From IMG/VR virus record IMGVR_UViG_3300000301_000004: a stretch of DNA of 20,000 nucleotides, one strand, 5' to 3'. Below the pieces are notes generated by a model that was not told the DNA's origin, did not search any database, and saw only the letters and a list, made by a program, of their open reading frames with translations. The DNA comes from an uncultured virus (IMG/VR IMGVR_UViG_3300000301_000004) (Duplodnaviria > Heunggongvirae > Uroviricota > Caudoviricetes). A program made the translations under genes and the position numbers. Shown one piece after another: positions 17,630 through 20,000 of this stretch. Position 1 is the first letter of the stretch, and each line of letters opens with the position of its first letter.

Positions 17630-18173
17630 GCATATAACTAAAGTTTTGACTGGATTAAAATTGATAAAATTTATTAATTCTTTAATTGATTTAATAAATA
17701 GTCATTTATCTAATTATAATAATCCGCATAAAGTAACAGCCGAACAGTTAGGTTTATCCAATGCTTATAAATACAAAGGAAGTGTTCCAACTTATCAAGA
17801 TTTACCTTCTACAGCAGAAAGTGGAGATGTATATAATGTTGTGAAAGGTGATAAAGAGATAGGTGTTGCAGATGGAGCAAATTTCGCTTGGAATGGTTCA
17901 GAATGGGATAACCTTGGCGGGCTATTAACTGGAACAGGTGCAATTAGAGTTGAATTTATGGTTATAAGCTGGCAAGAGGACACATCTACAGGTTTGTATA
18001 AACTACCATTAAATATTTTTGAACAAGTGGATAGTGTTGGTGTTTTAAGCGTAGAAGCCATTGAAAATGGTCAAAGGCATAGTGTGTTGTTAGATACGAT
18101 TGGAAATGATTTAATTTCTATGAATGCTTTTGACGGCGCAATTTATTATACTACGTTCAGGGAGGTTTCCTAA
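17622..18173 (+). CDS. Tail fibre-associated structural protein
   Basis: H...NNPHKVTAEQLGL and YKGSV.T..DLP.....GDVYNV...W.G.EWD.LGG motifs common in tail fibre proteins. Start is GTG 17613 or ATG 17622. Confidence 0.65.
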   Translation: MFEHITKVLTGLKLIKFINSLIDLINSHLSNYNNPHKVTAEQLGLSNAYKYKGSVPTYQDLPSTAESGDVYNVVKGDKEIGVADGANFAWNGSEWDNLGGLLTGTGAIRVEFMVISWQEDTSTGLYKLPLNIFEQVDSVGVLSVEAIENGQRHSVLLDTIGNDLISMNAFDGAIYYTTFREVS

Positions 18174-19999
18174 TGCAAAAAATTGATAAGCAGCAAAATG
18201 TTACAGTGCAGAATATTCTTCGTTGTTTAAATGAATTAAATGATGAAAATATGGTGTATGTAGGTTCACAACCGCCAACGGAAACAAAAAAAGGATTAAT
18301 ATGGATTAATCCAGAGGAATTATCACAAGAGCCAGAAGTTCGTTATGTTGGGCATATGGTCGGAGATATTTATCCTATCAGTTATACAGAACTTGAAGAA
18401 GGTCAAATCATATTAAGTGGTCAATTGGTTAGTCGTCAAGTATATCAAGTTCTTTGGAATTGGGTAGAAAAGCATCCTAGCTTACTAAAAACAGAGCAAG
18501 AATGGAATGAATATTTTAATAATACGAATGGACTATGTTGCCCTTATTTCAGCTATGGGACAAATGATACTAATTTTAGACTTCCAAATTATTCTGGAGT
18601 ATTTATTAGAGCCGATTCTGATATAACTAAAATTAATCAATTTAGTGAAGATACACAAAGAAATATTCTTGGACAATTTGCAACTTTTCGAACAAGTTGG
18701 GATGATAGTACTGGAGAATTACTTTTTAATGCAAATGGGGCTTTTAAAAAAATAGAATCTGGTAATAATATGGACAGTATTCATCAGGATTCCTCAGACA
18801 GACAACAGCAAATTGTAGATTTTGATGCCTCTCGTTCAGTAGGCATAGAGCACACTGGCGAAGAAGTAAAACCTAAATCAATAAATCAAATATGGGTTAT
18901 TCAAGCTGTAGGAGTAATAACAAATGCCTCTAATTTGGATATTAGTCAATTAGAAGAAGCAATTCAACAATTAACTAATTATAGTAATTATGAAGTTGCC
19001 TGCATTAAAAATAATCCAAATTATTATAATCGTGATGAATTATTTACTACAAATAAAACAACAGTAACAATTCCAAAAGATTTAAAAATCAATATTAATG
19101 GAAATTGTTATATTAGTACAATTAATAAATCTTTACAATTATCTACAGTAGATATTCCAGCTAATTTAGCAGGTAAAGATGTTTATATTTATGCTTGTGA
19201 ACCAACTTCAGGAACAGAGCCTATTTTCGTATTATCTTTAAATAGTACAGTCCCAACAGGTTACACAGCTAATAATAGCCGTAAAATAGGTGGATTTCAT
19301 TGTTTGTGTAAAGATGTTGGAGTTATAGAAGGGCATACGTTATCTGGATATGTTACCGGAGATATATTACCAGCAACAAGATGGGATTTACTACATAGAC
19401 CAAAAGGAGAACCTGAAGGATTCGCTTATGAAGAATTAACAGATTGTTGGATTGGAATTTATCTGCCAAGTTGGGACGGAACTAAATTAGTCAGTGTTTA
19501 TAATGGAGTTATTGCTGATGGAACTTCGACTAAAAAATGGCATGGTGAAGCCTTTTATGAGCAATTTGCAAAACAAGGAATGCGTTTAGTTTGGCGGCAC
19601 GAATTTCAAATGGGGGCAAAAGGTTCTAATGAACAAACAAATATTCAAGGTTCTTCTGATCCTAATACTACAGGTGGGCATGTAGATACGGCGGGAAGAA
19701 GAATGATTAGTAATATAGGATTAGAAGATTGTTGCGGTGTATTATGGCAATTTGCAATGGATTTAGGCTTTGCAGGCGGGTCTGGTTGGACAAATTCTGT
19801 TTATAACTCTTCTGTAGACGATAGAAGTTATGGACAAACATACGGAACACTTTATCGCTTGCTTTTGGGCGCTCGCTGGAATGGCGGCGGTTCTTCGGGT
19901 TCGCGTTCTGCTTTTTGCGATATTTCGTCGGCTTCTGTGTATGTCGATCGCTCTGCGCGCGGCGCGTCGGAGCCGAAAACGGTTAAAGGATTAAACTAA
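18173..19999 (+). CDS. Tail fibre / receptor-binding protein: tail-collar module fused to an Mtd-like C-type-lectin-fold domain; likely DGR target
   Basis: GGAGG RBS. N-terminal collar motif, then SRKIGGFH, ILP...WDL.HRP, GRRMIS.IG.EDCCG..WQ and terminal LLGARW....SGSRS..C............ARGASEP. Confidence 0.85.
   Translation: MQKIDKQQNVTVQNILRCLNELNDENMVYVGSQPPTETKKGLIWINPEELSQEPEVRYVGHMVGDIYPISYTELEEGQIILSGQLVSRQVYQVLWNWVEKHPSLLKTEQEWNEYFNNTNGLCCPYFSYGTNDTNFRLPNYSGVFIRADSDITKINQFSEDTQRNILGQFATFRTSWDDSTGELLFNANGAFKKIESGNNMDSIHQDSSDRQQQIVDFDASRSVGIEHTGEEVKPKSINQIWVIQAVGVITNASNLDISQLEEAIQQLTNYSNYEVACIKNNPNYYNRDELFTTNKTTVTIPKDLKININGNCYISTINKSLQLSTVDIPANLAGKDVYIYACEPTSGTEPIFVLSLNSTVPTGYTANNSRKIGGFHCLCKDVGVIEGHTLSGYVTGDILPATRWDLLHRPKGEPEGFAYEELTDCWIGIYLPSWDGTKLVSVYNGVIADGTSTKKWHGEAFYEQFAKQGMRLVWRHEFQMGAKGSNEQTNIQGSSDPNTTGGHVDTAGRRMISNIGLEDCCGVLWQFAMDLGFAGGSGWTNSVYNSSVDDRSYGQTYGTLYRLLLGARWNGGGSSGSRSAFCDISSASVYVDRSARGASEPKTVKGLN
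19850..19975 (+). other. Putative DGR variable repeat (VR) with a GC-rich IMH-like 3' element
   Basis: Only 8 A in 126 nt within an A-rich gene; 42 consecutive codons with no third-position A; G/C-only run GCGCGCGGCGCG at 19955-19966. Confidence 0.78.
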
Positions 20000-20000
20000 A

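Noticed and set aside
759..18061. Numerous short minus-strand and nested ORFs in the track (e.g. 759-944, 2508-2795, 3499-3849, 6618-6929, 7888-8118, 8210-8554, 17795-18061)
   Set aside because: They overlap well-supported + strand structural genes and show no recognisable motifs.
1..20000. DGR template repeat, reverse transcriptase, invertase, CRISPR array or RNA genes
   Set aside because: None recognised. The window is nearly fully occupied by structural CDSs, and no second copy of the VR was seen.

Overview
AT-rich window that is almost entirely one + strand virion-morphogenesis operon of a contractile-tailed (myovirus-type) phage or prophage. Gene order and strong GGAGG ribosome-binding sites point to a Firmicutes host (inference). 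The order is: SPP1-type portal (5'-truncated), MuF/gp7 minor head protein, scaffold, decoration protein, major capsid, head-tail joining genes, a PBSX XkdK-XkdU-like tail and baseplate block, then several tail-fibre/adhesin genes. The most notable signal is two separate receptor-binding diversification devices about 3.5 kb apart. (1) A 529-bp segment bounded by perfect 36-bp inverted repeats (15844-15879 / 16409-16444) carries a silent, in-frame alternative C-terminus for the first tail fibre. The two alternative tips end on one shared 12-bp palindrome, and no invertase gene lies next to the cassette. (2) The last gene is an Mtd-like tail fibre whose 3' end has the hallmarks of a diversity-generating retroelement (DGR) variable repeat; its template repeat and reverse transcriptase are not in the window. 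Also seen: a -1 frameshift in the tail chaperone, a promoter overlapping a terminator-like hairpin before the scaffold gene, and a probable internal start in the long XkdU-like gene. All product calls come from motif recognition and synteny; no database search was run.
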